A stretch of DNA of 64,000 nt from Callorhinchus milii (GCF_018977255.1 NW_024704762.1:2976001-3040000); one strand, 5' to 3'; shown: positions 48,071 to 61,069, counted from the first letter of the stretch. The notes: generated from the sequence alone by a model not told the origin. Translations and numbers: made by a program.

Positions 48071-48456
48071 CAGTCACTGGGGGCAAGGAATCATCCCACT
48101 CAGTTCCTGTTAACCCGGCAAGCCAAAACCGTAAAAGGAGGTGGTCCTAGCTGGACAAGCAGGGGGAAAGCTTGCCAGACTGATATCAATGGCAAGCTAT
48201 GCGTTTTTAGCTGGTTAGTCTCCAGCTGTTACTCCAATGCACATTTTGGGGTCTCCAAACCTTGGCTTTTGCCAACCTGCGCCTAACACTTTCCGGAATT
48301 AGGTAAGCAGGATGAGTGCGCATTCCATTCCAACAATCTCTCCATGGAGTTTCCATGTATAGATGGGTTCATAGAATTCTCAGTCTGGTTTGGAGACTCT
48401 TAAGCAATGGCGATGGGTTTCCGCATGTGTCAGACACACGGCTGACCCCTGAAAAA
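48071..48456 (+). repeat. Family X, copy 6 (long, best-preserved hairpins)
   Basis: Ends gtcagacacacggctgacccctgaaaaa; several internal inverted repeats. Confidence 0.8.
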
Positions 48457-50411
48457 TAATAATAATTTTCCGATGCAGATGAGTTCATGTGCTACCAAGA
48501 GGTGAAATATTTTGGAGTCAATGCTCTTTGCTGTTCCCTATGGTTTGTGCATGTGTCACGTGCCTAGACCGGTTGAGCATAGAAAATATCAATGAAGGTG
48601 TCAAATCTGTCCTTTCATGCTTTTGGTTACCTTCTGCCTCCACTCCCACCCCCTTCAGCTTCCCCTCCTAACCCCCACCCTGAGGCTCGGGTGCTCAACC
48701 CAGCAGTGTTAAGTGCTTGAGACATGAATGGTGCTGTATTTAACCAATGGCAACCCTGGTGTAAATCATCTGCAGTGTCCAGATATATGATACTTTATAA
48801 AACTTTTAATGAGATTCTATTAGTAGTTTAATTTGAAGACATTGTAGAAGGCCCGTATTCGTCTCTCCTACATTTCTTTTTAATATGGATTTTAAATTTT
48901 AGATAGTCACTCCACATTTTAAATTACAAGGTTATAATTTATTTAATTATCTTATCAGCGCGAGTAACTGAGACCGCATGATTAAGTGTTACCATCTTAA
49001 CATTCAGACTGCAAGCCATGCAGTGAAGGGGCTGCTGTGATTTCATCCATGTTCTGTGATCCTCAAATATAACATTGATTACAATAGTATAGGTACTCAA
49101 ACATGCACACTTTATTGCTGTATGTGAAACACAAACCGCTAAACTACCAGGAAAACCAACAACAACTTTGTACAGCACCCTTCACCTCCTAAAATTTCAA
49201 TTGGAATCAAATATTTTCAAGCTTTACCTCCACTTGTCCTGTTGTCAGACTCCACTCTGACCTTCTATCCCTTGCCACCACTATTATTTTGGATAGATAC
49301 TTGAGCACAAATTATATTAAAGGGTAGAGGGAAAGAGCAGGGGATGAGATCAGAGTCGAGAGCTTCGGTGGGGACTGAGCACCAGAACTGACACGATGGG
49401 GAAAGAGCAGGGGAATGGAGTTAGAGCGCTCTAGTCAGGGAGCGAGCACCAGCCGACGCAAGGGGTTGAATGGCCTCCTTCTTGGCTGCAAACATTTTAT
49501 CATTTTAGTCTCTGGCTTATTCTCTCTCTCTATTGCTGATATTTTAAGAAAACTATGGAAAAACAGCTTCCAAATGAAGGCTGAATTTAAGAATCTGCCA
49601 CAATTCCGGGTCGTCTTAAATGTTACGCTTAAATCTTAAAGTCTTTAAGTCTTGTGGGCGTTTCACCCACAAAATATACCGTCAATTTTCTCTTTACAAT
49701 ATATTCTGCGAAGTGCTTTGAAGCATTTCAACGACATAATAAGACGCTGTATTAAATGCAAGGATTATTATTAAAGCTAAGACAAGGCGGAATAGACAGG
49801 CTTAAGAGGGTGAATGATGTCTCGTTGGCGCTGGTGCAGTTGCAGTCAAGCTGCTCTCGGTTACAGTCATTAAGGGATAAGTAGAAAGTTAAAGATCTAC
49901 AAGTGCACGTCAGCGAGAACAATGCTGTTGCCATGGTTACAGTCATTGGTCCATCCGTTGGGAATTGGGAGCCGTTTGATAAAAGGGGTAGATATCATTG
50001 CAGGACAACAACAACAGTTTACGCTCATGCGGCGCCTTTCATGTCGGGAGGTCGTCTCAAAGTGCTTCGCGCAGCTGACTGGAAGTCTGAGATTTGGGGA
50101 GAAGGGGAAGTGGGCGGGACAACTGAGGTCCGAGAGATAGAGGTTAGGATGGGTTTAAAGGTAGCGACAGAGGGTGAGGTGGTGAGACAACAACAACAAC
50201 TTGCGTTTATATAGCGTCCTTCACGCGGGGTAGCGTCCTGGAGCGCTTCACAGTGGCAGAGTCTGACAATGGGGCGGGAGCACCAGCACAGACATGGGGA
50301 AAGAGCAGGGGAATGGGATGATGACTCCAGGATGGAACACATCCCCAGCGCTGCAGTGGAGTGTCATCTTAGACTATGTGAGTTCCACATCCCAAAGTGG
50401 GGCTTGAACCT

Positions 50412-50883
50412 ACAACAACAACAACAAGATTACATTTGTATAGCGCTTTTCACGTCGGGAGGACGTCCCAAGGCACTGGACAGTGTACAGCATTTCAGAT
50501 CCGAGCTGGGGTTGGGAGGGGAGGGGAAGAGGGATGGCCGATGGCATGGTCGAAGAGGAGGGTCTTGAGGTGGGACTTGAAGGAGGCTAAGGAGGGGGCG
50601 AGGCGGAGTGACTGGGGGATGGAATTCCAGAGGTTGGGAGCAGAGTGGCTGAAGGCTCTCCCGCTAATGGTGGGGCGGGTGGGTTGGGGGACGTGGAGCA
50701 GCCAGAGCCGGCTGAGCGGAGGGATCAGGCGGGTTGGTAGGGGGTTAGGAGGTCGCAGAGGTAGGGTGGGGCGAGGCCATGGAGGGCTTTGTAGGTGAGG
50801 ACCAGGATCTTAAACTGGATCCTCTGAAGGATAGGAAACCAATGGAGTCGGACGAGAGTGGGGTCACAGAGTTTGGTGACAAC
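50412..50883 (-). mobile_element. L2 LINE 3' end nested in a DeuSINE head
   Basis: The reverse strand encodes LHWFPILQRIQFKILVLTYKALHGLAPPYL...GRAFSHSAPNLWNSIPQSLRLAP...FKSHLKTLLFDHA. Tail is (ttg)n; ACAAC flanks both ends. Confidence 0.92.
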
Positions 50884-52569
50884 CTTCTGGCACAGAGGCT
50901 CAGAGAGTGCTACTGACTGAGTCAGAGCTGCCTTTCAGCCTTCAATTGAGCAACGCTGCTGTGACACTAGGATTTCTTCCGAAAGCTGCCTTGGAGCAGA
51001 AAACAATCAAAAACATGCTGCTGTGCACATCCCACCTGAAACAACACAGCCATTGCTCAGTAAAGTGCAACAGATAATGACACTTCCAGTAAATCACTTT
51101 TCTCAGACACTTCTGTCAGAGTCGTATGTCTAATGGCTCCAATTTTTCTCCGATCTGAAAGATTAATTTCTGATTTAATTAAAAGAGCCACTGATTTTAC
51201 TGCATTATTAACAGCCTCCAATCCTCAGCTCTCACTCTGACACTGAGTACACTTACCAACATGTGCTGAACTGTGTAAGACCCTCACCCTGTACCATTAC
51301 TGAGGTCTGCCTTCATATTGCCCTTCGCGTCCCTGAACCTGTACCCTTCTGATCCTGTTGTCTTGACTTATCTTACATCAGACGTGGCACAAAACTTATT
51401 AATAATACTTGCATTTGATATTGCGCCTTATCAAGTCTTCGAGACATCTGTGAGTGCTTCACGGGATATACTGTAAAATGAATTGACTGTTTTGTGGGCG
51501 AAACAGCACCATGTTATTGAAAGTAATCCAATCCTCTGGAGAGACAGGAGAACATCACGTTTCTCACTGTACGGTGCCAGCGGAACAGGAGAGGAGTGAA
51601 GAGGCTGGCCAGCCTGGAGCAGGGAAGGAGGAGGAGAGGAATTGGAGCCTGTGGGGAACAGTGTATGAGCTGACTGGTGCGCCTACAATTATGTCAAATT
51701 AAGTCACAGATGTTTCATCCAGCGGTGATATTCTCCAGGGTGATAATATCTACTTCCAAGAAAATGTTAAGATCCTAAAGGGCGCTTAGTGATTTTCATT
51801 CAGTCTGCTGGTAGCTGTCAGTTTCAAGGGTGCTTGCACCCTTTAGGCTACGATTTATTTTATGTAGCATCAACTGAGTACTGTAGCGGATTAAAGACAC
51901 TTCAGATCCAACCTAACTAATTCTAGTTCCTTTCAGAATGGGAACACGATCTGTAACACAGTGTGTCATAACTGGGAACATTTTTTTAAAAGTTTGTCCA
52001 CCAAAACACACAGTCACTACACTTGCCAGTGAATAATAATCCTTACTTTTGGTCCAGCGCTTTTCAAGTCGGGGGCGTCCAGGTTTCACAGGATATACTA
52101 TAAAGTGTAGTGACTTTTCTTTGTGTGGGCAAATGTGGCAGCTAATTTGTTATTTATTATTATTATTTGCGCACAGCTGTGTCCCACAAACGGCCACAGA
52201 ATATCCTGTGAAGCACTTTGAGACCTCCTCCTGATGTGAAAGGTACTATTTCAAATGCAAGGATTATTACTATTATGAATTTAGTTTCTACTGCTGAACC
52301 CGAGGCATAATTACAGTGATGTCAGTGTGTAGGGTTGAGAAAATTTCCTTCTGGTTCTTCATTCATTCTGTTTTCTTGGCTGTTCAGGGCATACAGAAAT
52401 TGCCAACATGAAAAGAACAAATATAGACCCAAGTGGAATTTCTACTCTGAGTGTCCTGTGTTACTGCACAGTAATGAAATTATTTATTGCTCCCTGATCA
52501 GGGCAAGGGATGAAAAGCACACTGATTCTCCACGTCCATCTCACCAACCCTTCCCAGCTTCCTGACAAA

Positions 52570-52785
52570 CACAGTAGAACAAGAGGACACAGGTTTAAGA
52601 GTTGCAAAGAGCAATTTCAGGACAGACACTGGGAAGGTTTTCTTTACCCAGAGGTAATTAACACCTGGAACAGGGTTGCCAGGAAGGGTGAATGAGGCCA
52701 GGATACTGGGACTCATTTAATAAACAGCTCGACACTGATGGGAGGGTGTGTGTTCTGGAAGGATGGGATTGGGTGGGATGCGAAC
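52570..52785 (+). mobile_element. CR1 3' fragment
   Basis: SRTRGHRFKSCKEQFQDR...VINTWNRV; same family as 12535-13030. Confidence 0.8.
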
Positions 52786-53779
52786 GGTGGTCCTCACCCA
52801 AAACGGGACAGGGCAGTGACCCACAAACAGCCATGGAGTGAGCAATCAATTTTATTTGGCGTGTTGTCGGCCCGGACACCTTTCTCTTTACGAGCACCTG
52901 AACAGGCACAGGCGGGACCTCGATCTAACAACTGTGTGCAAGGCAGAATGCCCTTGTTGGAACAGATTCCCGGTGAGCCGCGTACTGGCACAATACAGAC
53001 ACTTGACTAAACCCACATGTGCTAAACAGTCCCCTTCTTCCTCCTGTTTGTCTAACTGAGGCTTCATTGGCACAAAGCAGCTGTTTTACATAGATGCTGC
53101 CTTTGGGTTGTTGCAAGCCCACAGCAGAGCTTGTTAGGCAAGTCCTCCAGAGGACTGGACTAACAGCAGAGTAGCGGTGCTGTAAAGCTTAAACCCTCTG
53201 ATACGGCAGACAGGGTGATAGCTCTAGTCTAAGGCAGACAGCTGCCTCTATGAACTTGGGTCTTCTGATTTTATAGATAAGTTTCCAATGGAGAATGGGT
53301 TGGATCCCAGGGTGACACTCGTGCAGAACAATGGGTTTGAGTAACTCACAGGGAGATCAGTGGAACTGCAGCTATTCGAGCAGGAGAACCTTGTTCCCTT
53401 TCCCTCAAATCTCGAGTAGGAGAGTGAGAACATCTGAGAAAAAAAGTCTCCTTATTCAACCTAGGAGCCCGCCGAGCAAGCTGGAAGATTGGAGTACAAT
53501 GCGAGCGCAGCAGGTCTGTAGCAAGATCTGAGGCGCCTGAGCGAGGGGCAGAATCTCTGAGATTAGAGAGCTCAAGGCCAGATCTCTCAAGGAGATCATG
53601 GGATAAAACAGCCTGAAAATGAGAAGGGCTGGGAAATGGGTGTAGGGATCTGTGGTGAAAAGTCTTTTAGCCTCCATCAAATATCACCAATTCCATTCGG
53701 GTAAATTTGAATGTAAAGGTGAAAGTGCAAAATTTCAGACTTTTAGGGTTCACAAGAGTTTCGGATGAAGAAGGAATTT

Positions 53780-53985
53780 ATAATGATCCTTACATTTGAT
53801 ACAGAGCCTTGCCACATCATCAAGTCATCTCAAAGCTTCACAGGATATACCGTGAAGTGCAGTGCCTGTGTATTTTGTGGGTGAACGCGACAGCCAATTC
53901 GCGCACGGGCAAATATTGCATAAATAGCCCTGGAGTGAGCGACCAAAGTCATTTGGGAGATTGTTGGCCAGCACACGGGGAGAAT
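53780..53985 (-). mobile_element. DeuSINE 3' half
   Basis: Tail and Deu motifs. Confidence 0.7.
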
Positions 53986-55019
53986 ACTGTCGCCCTTCTC
54001 TGTGTGTGAGGGTGTGTGTGTGTGTAACCATTTCTATATGTGCCTGCGTGTGCTATAGTGTGGTGAAAGTTGGCCGTCGCGTTGCGAGGTCCATCCAGGA
54101 CAGTTCTCGGAGTGCTGCAGGTACCCCTGACCACAGTACAGATGCAGTGAGTTGGAGCGTTCTCTCTGAAACACAATCCACACTTAGCCTCTGGCACTGC
54201 GTGCTTCTCACCATCTGCCAGTCGGCAGCAGTAACAAGGCATTAATTCCACTTTGTTTCTCAATTAACTTCAAAAATTTCCAAGGCTGCGGATTCCTTCA
54301 CTTGTCTGAAAATATACCAACTCGCTGGCATCATCAGCATGTGTCTGCGTGTTATACTCTGGCTGTAATCATAATGATAACAGGAATAATAACCCTCGCG
54401 TTTGATACAGCGCCTTATTACGTTGTCGAGACATCTCAAAGCGCTTTGCAGTCCTTTAGAATAAAAGTGAAAGACAAAACCCTGAAATGACAGCGACACA
54501 AAACTAGAAGCAAAAGGAAAGTGGGATTGAAACCCCGGGTTCCACAGGTTATAATTCTTACACACATTAACCAGGATTAGTTTCAGTCCCAAATCCAATA
54601 CAGAAAGGTTTATTATATTCCAAAGCTCAATCTCAGCGCTGGCTTTGAACTTAGATCTCACGTGGACAATCTAAACACACTGTGACACCCAGTCCGTGGG
54701 CTGCTCTGAAACCAGTTCTCTTACACACATTGGCCTAACAAACTGTGGCACTCAGTTCTGTGGGATCGGTTTGAACCCCAGGTCTCGTGAACAATGAGCT
54801 AACGCACCGTGATGTCCAATCCACTGAAACAAAGGCTTTTGCAAACTGAAGTGACTGCTTTTAGCTGTTTCACACTCTGACCTTATCTCTATTTTATGTA
54901 TTGGATACATCAATTTTCCCGTGCTGTGATGATGTTGCCATCGGCCTATCGAGGGGACGCAGTTCGAATATTAACTTTGAAAATTCATCTGCGGCTGAGA
55001 TCGGAGGCCTGGCTCACTG

Positions 55020-55470
55020 ACCAGCGACATTGGTTGGAATGAAACACTGACAAAATGGTCCAGTCCTGGGAGGTAGAAATTTACCTGGTTGTCTTTGCAA
55101 CCTAGTTGTCTTTAGTTAAACTAAATGCGAGCCCGCCCCGCCCAACGCACACATTCACACTCACGCATTCACACACGCGCATTCCCATTCAAACACACAT
55201 CCAAGCATTGAGGCACTCAATTGTTCACACACACGCTCAGTGATATTTACAGGCTGCGTGACAGGCTCTCAGTCGCTGGTGCTGTGTGAGCGTGAGATGC
55301 TGTGAGAGTGACACTGTGAGTGAGAGATGCTGTGTGAGAATGAGGCACTGAGTGTGAGAGGCTGTGAGTGTGAGAGGCCTTGTGAGAGTGAGAGGCTGTA
55401 TGAGAGCGAGACGCTGTGTGCCTGGGCCAACATGCAGTGGAAGGAGGTTTCCAGCACAGCCTTCACCCTA
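55020..55470 (+). promoter_or_regulatory. Possible promoter/first-exon-like region
   Basis: attgg (inverse CCAAT) at ~55029, GC box gcccgccccgccc at ~55130-55143, a CA-rich tract, then degenerate gtgaga/gtgtga repeats. Confidence 0.25.
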
Positions 55471-55729
55471 ACACACAGACCACAGCTTCCAAGTTAAGAC
55501 TAAATTTGAGAATTTTCTAAAATTCTGTGCAAGTCACCAAATGGACTTAAGGCTACGACAAGGTGATATTTGGGGTTTAACAACAGCTTAAACTCCTTCA
55601 ACACTTTTCGCGTCAGGAAGTCGCAAAAGCGCTTGATGCAGCTCGTTAATTATCGATAATAATCTTGTATTTGGTACAGTGCCTGGAACATTTAAACGTC
55701 ATAAAGAATTTCATATGTAGTTACAGTAC

Positions 55730-55980
55730 TGTAAAGAGCAGTGACTGTGTATTTTGTTGGTGAATTACTGATTTTATTTGGGGGATTGTTGACCAGAGAG
55801 AAACTCCCTTCTCTTTTCAAATAATGCCACCTGCAGAGACAGACGGGACCTTAGTTTAAAGTCACATCTGAGCAATGCAGCACTTGACTTCTACACCTCA
55901 CCGGAATGTCAAGCCTGGACGATAAACTCAAAGTCCCGACATGGGGCTTTGAACCCACAATCTTCCGACTCAGAGAATCT
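55730..55980 (-). mobile_element. DeuSINE family A, degraded
   Basis: gagaaactcccttctcttttc...ttgaacccacaatcttccgactcagag. Confidence 0.72.
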
Positions 55981-56519
55981 TACTTTAAGTCAGCCCCCCG
56001 GGTGCCTGGCACAAGCGGAAGCTCATCAGCCGAGGCTGATACTCTTAAGCGCGGTGATAGGTTTCCGCACGTGCCACAGACCACTGAGCTGAGCAGGAGC
56101 TCCTGAGATCGCTTCTGTCTGAGCCAGACGGACATTAATCACTGGGAATCATCCAGTGGTCTGACTTATTAAGTAGTCCTTTGGGAAATACCCCAGATCA
56201 GGCCCCGATATGTCAATTAGGTTCCAAGCTGGAAACAGGAGCACTGTCCGATAAATTTCTGCCATCCTCCTAACCAGGCAGACCTGTTAATCTCTTCATG
56301 TGGCTTTGATTTGTGGCTCTGACATTTTCTGCTACATCTCTTGAGTTGATCAATGTTCCCATGTTTTCGAGGAGCCCCCGGGGAGCAGCTGAGCACCTGA
56401 CCTTGCGGCGCTCACTAGTGTTGAACACAAAACCTCTGGAAAAAATGTGAGATTATGTAAACGGATAATAATAATAATAATTATTAATAATTATTAATAA
56501 TTATTGATAATGATAATCA

Positions 56520-56700
56520 TCCCTCAAGAAGTAAAAAGAATTGTCACTTCGATCCACGTCTACTGTGCGCAATTGGCTGCTGCGTTTCGCCCACAAATAT
56601 ACAGTCAATTCACTTTACAGCATATTCTGTGAAGCGCTTTGCAACGTCTAGAAGACGTGAAAAGTGCTATGTCAAATGCAAGGATTTATTATTCTTTTTT
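56520..56700 (+). mobile_element. SINE family B 3' part
   Basis: ctgtgcgcaattggctgctgcgtttcgcccacaaatatacagtcaattcac...aaatgcaagg. Confidence 0.82.
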
Positions 56701-58034
56701 ATTATAATGGTGCGAGCTTTACTTCCCTTAACTACGAGCTCGCTGAAACCTGTGTGACAACACCCGCCTCCCCATTTCCGCCCAGTGTTCAAAGGCCACC
56801 TCAAGACGTATCTTCTTCACTGCGCCTTCGGTTATCTTTCCCCTCCCTCCTCCCTTCCACTCCCACTCCCCCCACCCAGCTCAGGTACCCAGTCAGCACT
56901 GTGAAGCAGTTTGAATTGCCATATAAATGCAATTTGGTGATGGTGATGGTGGTAGAGGACAGGACTCAGGGACTCATATAACAACCAGCTCGATGCTGTT
57001 ATGGTAGGGTGGATGTCCTGAAGGGATGAGATCAGAGATCAATCCACGACTGTTTGTGGGACACTGCTGCACGCAATTAGCTGTCATGTTTTGTCCACAA
57101 AATACACAGTCGATTCACTTTATATTTTATTCTCTGAAGCTCTTTGAGAACGTCTCAAAGACACGATAGGGCACTGTATCAAATGCAGGAATTATTATCA
57201 TTATCTGGTGATCTGCGGACTAAGATCACGTCAGGACATTGAGCAAATCCAGCTGTGGTGATCTGAACTTTCAGGAACAGTGCAGAGCTTGGAGTTCAGC
57301 AGAGACGCATGTTATTTCTCCCATTAGATTGTGTGCGCGACACGTGTGGGTAACAGCTGCCGATTCTCTCTCTGCAAAGCCGTCTCCTCGCTGTCCTTGC
57401 AGCCTCCTGGGCCCTGAAGTGGGCTGCAGCCTGCGAAGCAGATAGTGGTTCCCCTATGACTGAGCTCCCCGCTGCTCTGCCATGCTTCTCTGCATTGTTT
57501 CCCATCTGTCACTGAGAGCCGCGCATCTGCGGCACCAACATCAGAAAGGAAATGATGCAGGAGAACGATTGACATATTCACCAGCATACATCTATCCATA
57601 GGTCTCACAACGCACCTCGGAAATCTTGTCCCAATTCTCCTCTCCGTTTCGCCTTCTCTCGTTCCAATTCGGTCTGTTCTTTTTGTCTGTTAAATTCTCT
57701 CCCTCCATCTTTTTCTCTCTCATACGCTGAGATTCCTTTCCATCTCCCTCCGTCCCTCCCTCCCTCCCTCCCTCCCTCATCGACTCGCACACACATTTCA
57801 TCTTGCTTTCCTTCCACTTTCACTTTCACCTACTCCCAACTCCTTGGAGCGAACTTGTGCAAACGAACCCTACATTGAACAGGTGTGCCCAGTAACATCA
57901 AAGGGATGCGCTTCACATGTCTCCCAGCTCTAAAACCTCCCGTTATCTAACATCCCTCGGTATCACTGAAGCTGGGAGCGAGCCCCATCTAATTCACTCG
58001 AGACCCGTTAACAAGAATGGCGAGTTTCCAATCT

Positions 58035-58228
58035 TGCATGTTATTCATACTTTCCAGAATTAAGAAAACAGGACGCATCCATCCAGGGAGAGAGAGCGCA
58101 TTCCATTCCAATAAACTTCTCTGGAATTTCCATGTGTAGGTGCATTTGACTCTCAGTTTGATTTGGATACTCTTAAGCATGGCAGTGGGACTTCATACTT
58201 GTCAGACACCTGACTGACCCAAACAAAA
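58035..58228 (+). repeat. Family X, copy 7
   Basis: gagagagagcgcattccattcc...ggatactcttaagcatgg...gtcagacacctgactgacccaaacaaaa. Confidence 0.75.
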
Positions 58229-58444
58229 GTCAGCTCCCAATACCTACAGAACCTTATCTCAGTTTCAGAATGACGGAGAGCGGTGCAGAATGTACTGTTA
58301 AGTGATAAACCATTGAGGTACACAAACTCTACCGCACTCGCTCACAATCAGTCCACTTTACAGTACATCCTGCAAAGCACTTCGAGACTTCTCAACGATG
58401 TGATAAGACTCTATATCAAATGCAAGGATTATTATTCTATTATT

Positions 58445-58657
58445 ATTATCCCACAAACAGCCACGGAGTGAGTGACCCATTTTATCTGGGGAATTGTTGG
58501 CCAGGAAATCAGGAGAGAGAAATCCCCTTTTCTTTTTGAACAGCACCGTGGGATCTTTAACGTCCACGTGAACAGGCAGACTTGGTTTAACATCTCAACC
58601 GAAGGCTGGCACTTCCAACAATGTAGTACACCCCCAGCACTGAATTGCAGTGTCAGA
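58445..58657 (-). mobile_element. DeuSINE family A, tail-to-tail with a plus-strand SINE 3' end (~58335-58448)
   Basis: gggatctttaacgtccacgtgaacaggcagac...ggtttaacatctc. Confidence 0.78.
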
Positions 58658-59374
58658 AATTAACAGCACAGAATTTTCTTAAATTTTTAGACAAAATAGT
58701 TTCAGACCAGATGGGATCGCGGGCCTTTAAATCCAACTCAGAGATAATTCCTGGTCTGAATTATGTACAGGTTTAGTGAACAGGTAATTAATGAATGGTT
58801 AATCTATGACATTAGCATTTAATTTCAGCCTTAGTGAACTATCACAACGTTAAAAAAACTGAATCACCTCTGGTTATATCTTCTCTAGTTGTTAGATTTC
58901 TGCCATCCAGTGAGCTATGCTTTGTATCCTATAACATTAGAAATCCTAATTCCTCAAATCTGGAAGGAATATAAACATAGGAAAGGATGCGAAAAGCAAG
59001 GAAAGAGAGAGAGAGAGTTGGGGGTGGGGGGGTGTCGCATAGCAACAGAGAAGCAAGTGTGAATGACAAGATGATATGTTAGGAAGTGGAGCTTCACAGT
59101 GAATGTATGAATTTATAAAGACACCTTCTCTTAAGTTGGACGGTGAATCATTGCGATATAAATAGCTTTACAAACCTGGGCCTTAACCAGAATGAAATGC
59201 ATCCACCTCAGGTTACCAGAGGCAGGAACCCGCCCGGCTCAGGATTTCCTCTCAAATCAGGGGCTACTCCGAGGAGAGGAAGGTCTGGGGAGGAATTGGG
59301 GGTCCAAAGGGAGAGGGCGGAGGAACCATCTGAACAGACTGTGAGATGTGGAGCGACCATTCTGTGAAAAATGC

Positions 59375-59885
59375 CAGATTTCCTAGTTTTCAAATCAAGT
59401 CCCACATTGGGACTTGGGACAAATATAGTCTCGGCTGACACGCCAATGTTGAGCGAGTGCTGCATTGCCGGAAATGCTGTATTACGCAAGAGATGTTTAA
59501 CCGAGGCCCCGTCTGCCGGTTTGTTAAAGAGCCGACGGCACAATTTGAAAAAGAGGAGTTTCTTCCTCCCTTGGTCTCGAATTCTCCAGTTAGATTGGTC
59601 CTGCACTGCATATGGATGTGAGCAAATCAGCCATATTTGCTCACAAATACACAGAGTGCTTTAATTACTGTAAAGCACTCTGAGACATTTTGACTCAATA
59701 GGCGCCATATCATATGCAAGGATTATTATCATTTATGGCATAATAATGCCTTTCACATCAGGAGGATGTCTCAAAGCCCTTCACAGGATTTTACTATGTG
59801 TTCTTTGGGCGAATGTGGCAATCAATTTGCACACACACAAGATCCTGCAATTGGCCAGGACACTGGGAGAAACTCCTTTCTCTCA
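59375..59885. mobile_element. DeuSINE A (plus, ~59375-59730) with an opposed 3' fragment (~59740-59885)
   Basis: Deu domain tttaaccgaggccccgtctgcc and two facing tails. Confidence 0.72.
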
Positions 59886-61069
59886 GTTTTAAGTCTCTTC
59901 CATCTTCCATAGTGTGAGCACACCTTGGACATTGCTGGCAGGTTATTTCAGTAGTTATCACATCTGGGCTGCGAATCTAGAGCTAAGCATCGGGACTTGT
60001 TCAGGGACAATGCAATTGCTGTTTGGTTCTATTATTGGTCCCATTTCTACTTAGAGACTTTCACTTCCTGTGTTGTTTTTTTAACCCCTCCCAACTCTGT
60101 CATTCCCTCAAGTCAATCCTCTGTAGCCGTCTCAATAGTCTGGTTCCTGACAAGCCAACCCGGCTCATCAGCAGGACCTGGAGAGGACTTTGAGCAGATT
60201 TGTCACTGGGAGCAGGGATTCTTTGCACACAGCTCCTGTGAACCCTGCAAGCCAAAGCCCTAGTGGCTTATGAAACAAAACCAATGCTTAATGGTCTGTA
60301 TCCCACACGGACTCTTTCTTTCTGCGGGTCTCACAGCTCAGACCCTGTGACTCACAGCTCAAACTCTGACTGCCTGCCTCTCTCTCTCTCTCTCCATTTT
60401 GGTGGCATAATTAATGGGTGTTTTACTTTACTGAAAGAGCATGAAAGAAAGCTACGTGGTGCTCTGTTTACTCCCCACTCCCTCCCCTCCCCCTGGCTTT
60501 TTCCTTCCCCGATTCATTTCAACCCTGCCCCAGACTAAATGGGGGATGAATTATCAGGACATACACTCTCCGGCCTCCTGTGATTGCCTCGATGCTGAGT
60601 GTGTCCTGGCCCCCACGCTCCCTAAGTGTGCTGCGCTAAGCTGGCACTCTCCGCTCCCCAGCATTAAGTGACTGGCGTTTCAAGGTTATTTAAGCGATAA
60701 ATTACGTGATGTGCTCAGTTTGCTCGGCAATAACACCCACCAGTGGCTTTCGACCAGCTCTGCATTTCGTCTTCAGCCCCGCGCTCTCCCTGCCAATTCC
60801 AGGAGCTGTGCCTGACTTGTGCACACTCAGGGCGGAAGCTACTGGCTGTCACGGTGCTGTCAGTGTGAGTGTGACTGTGTGTATGGGAATGAGCTTGTTT
60901 GTGAATGCGTATGAGGGAGTATGTCTGCGTTTGTGTGTATGGGAGTGAGTGAGTGTATTTTTTCCTGGTTTGTATTTCCTTTAAATTGCTGTTTGGTCTA
61001 AAAGTGCATTGAACATTACCACTGATGAGTTTCCATTTCTCAGATCAGTGCTTTTGTGTAAGAGGTTGA

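Noticed and set aside
48138..48177. LF-SINE homology (gaggtggtcc, aagcttgc)
   Set aside because: Only two short matches; insufficient without an alignment.
60843..60862. REST/RE1 site (gctgtcacggtgctgt)
   Set aside because: Spacing is one base short and the core has mismatches.
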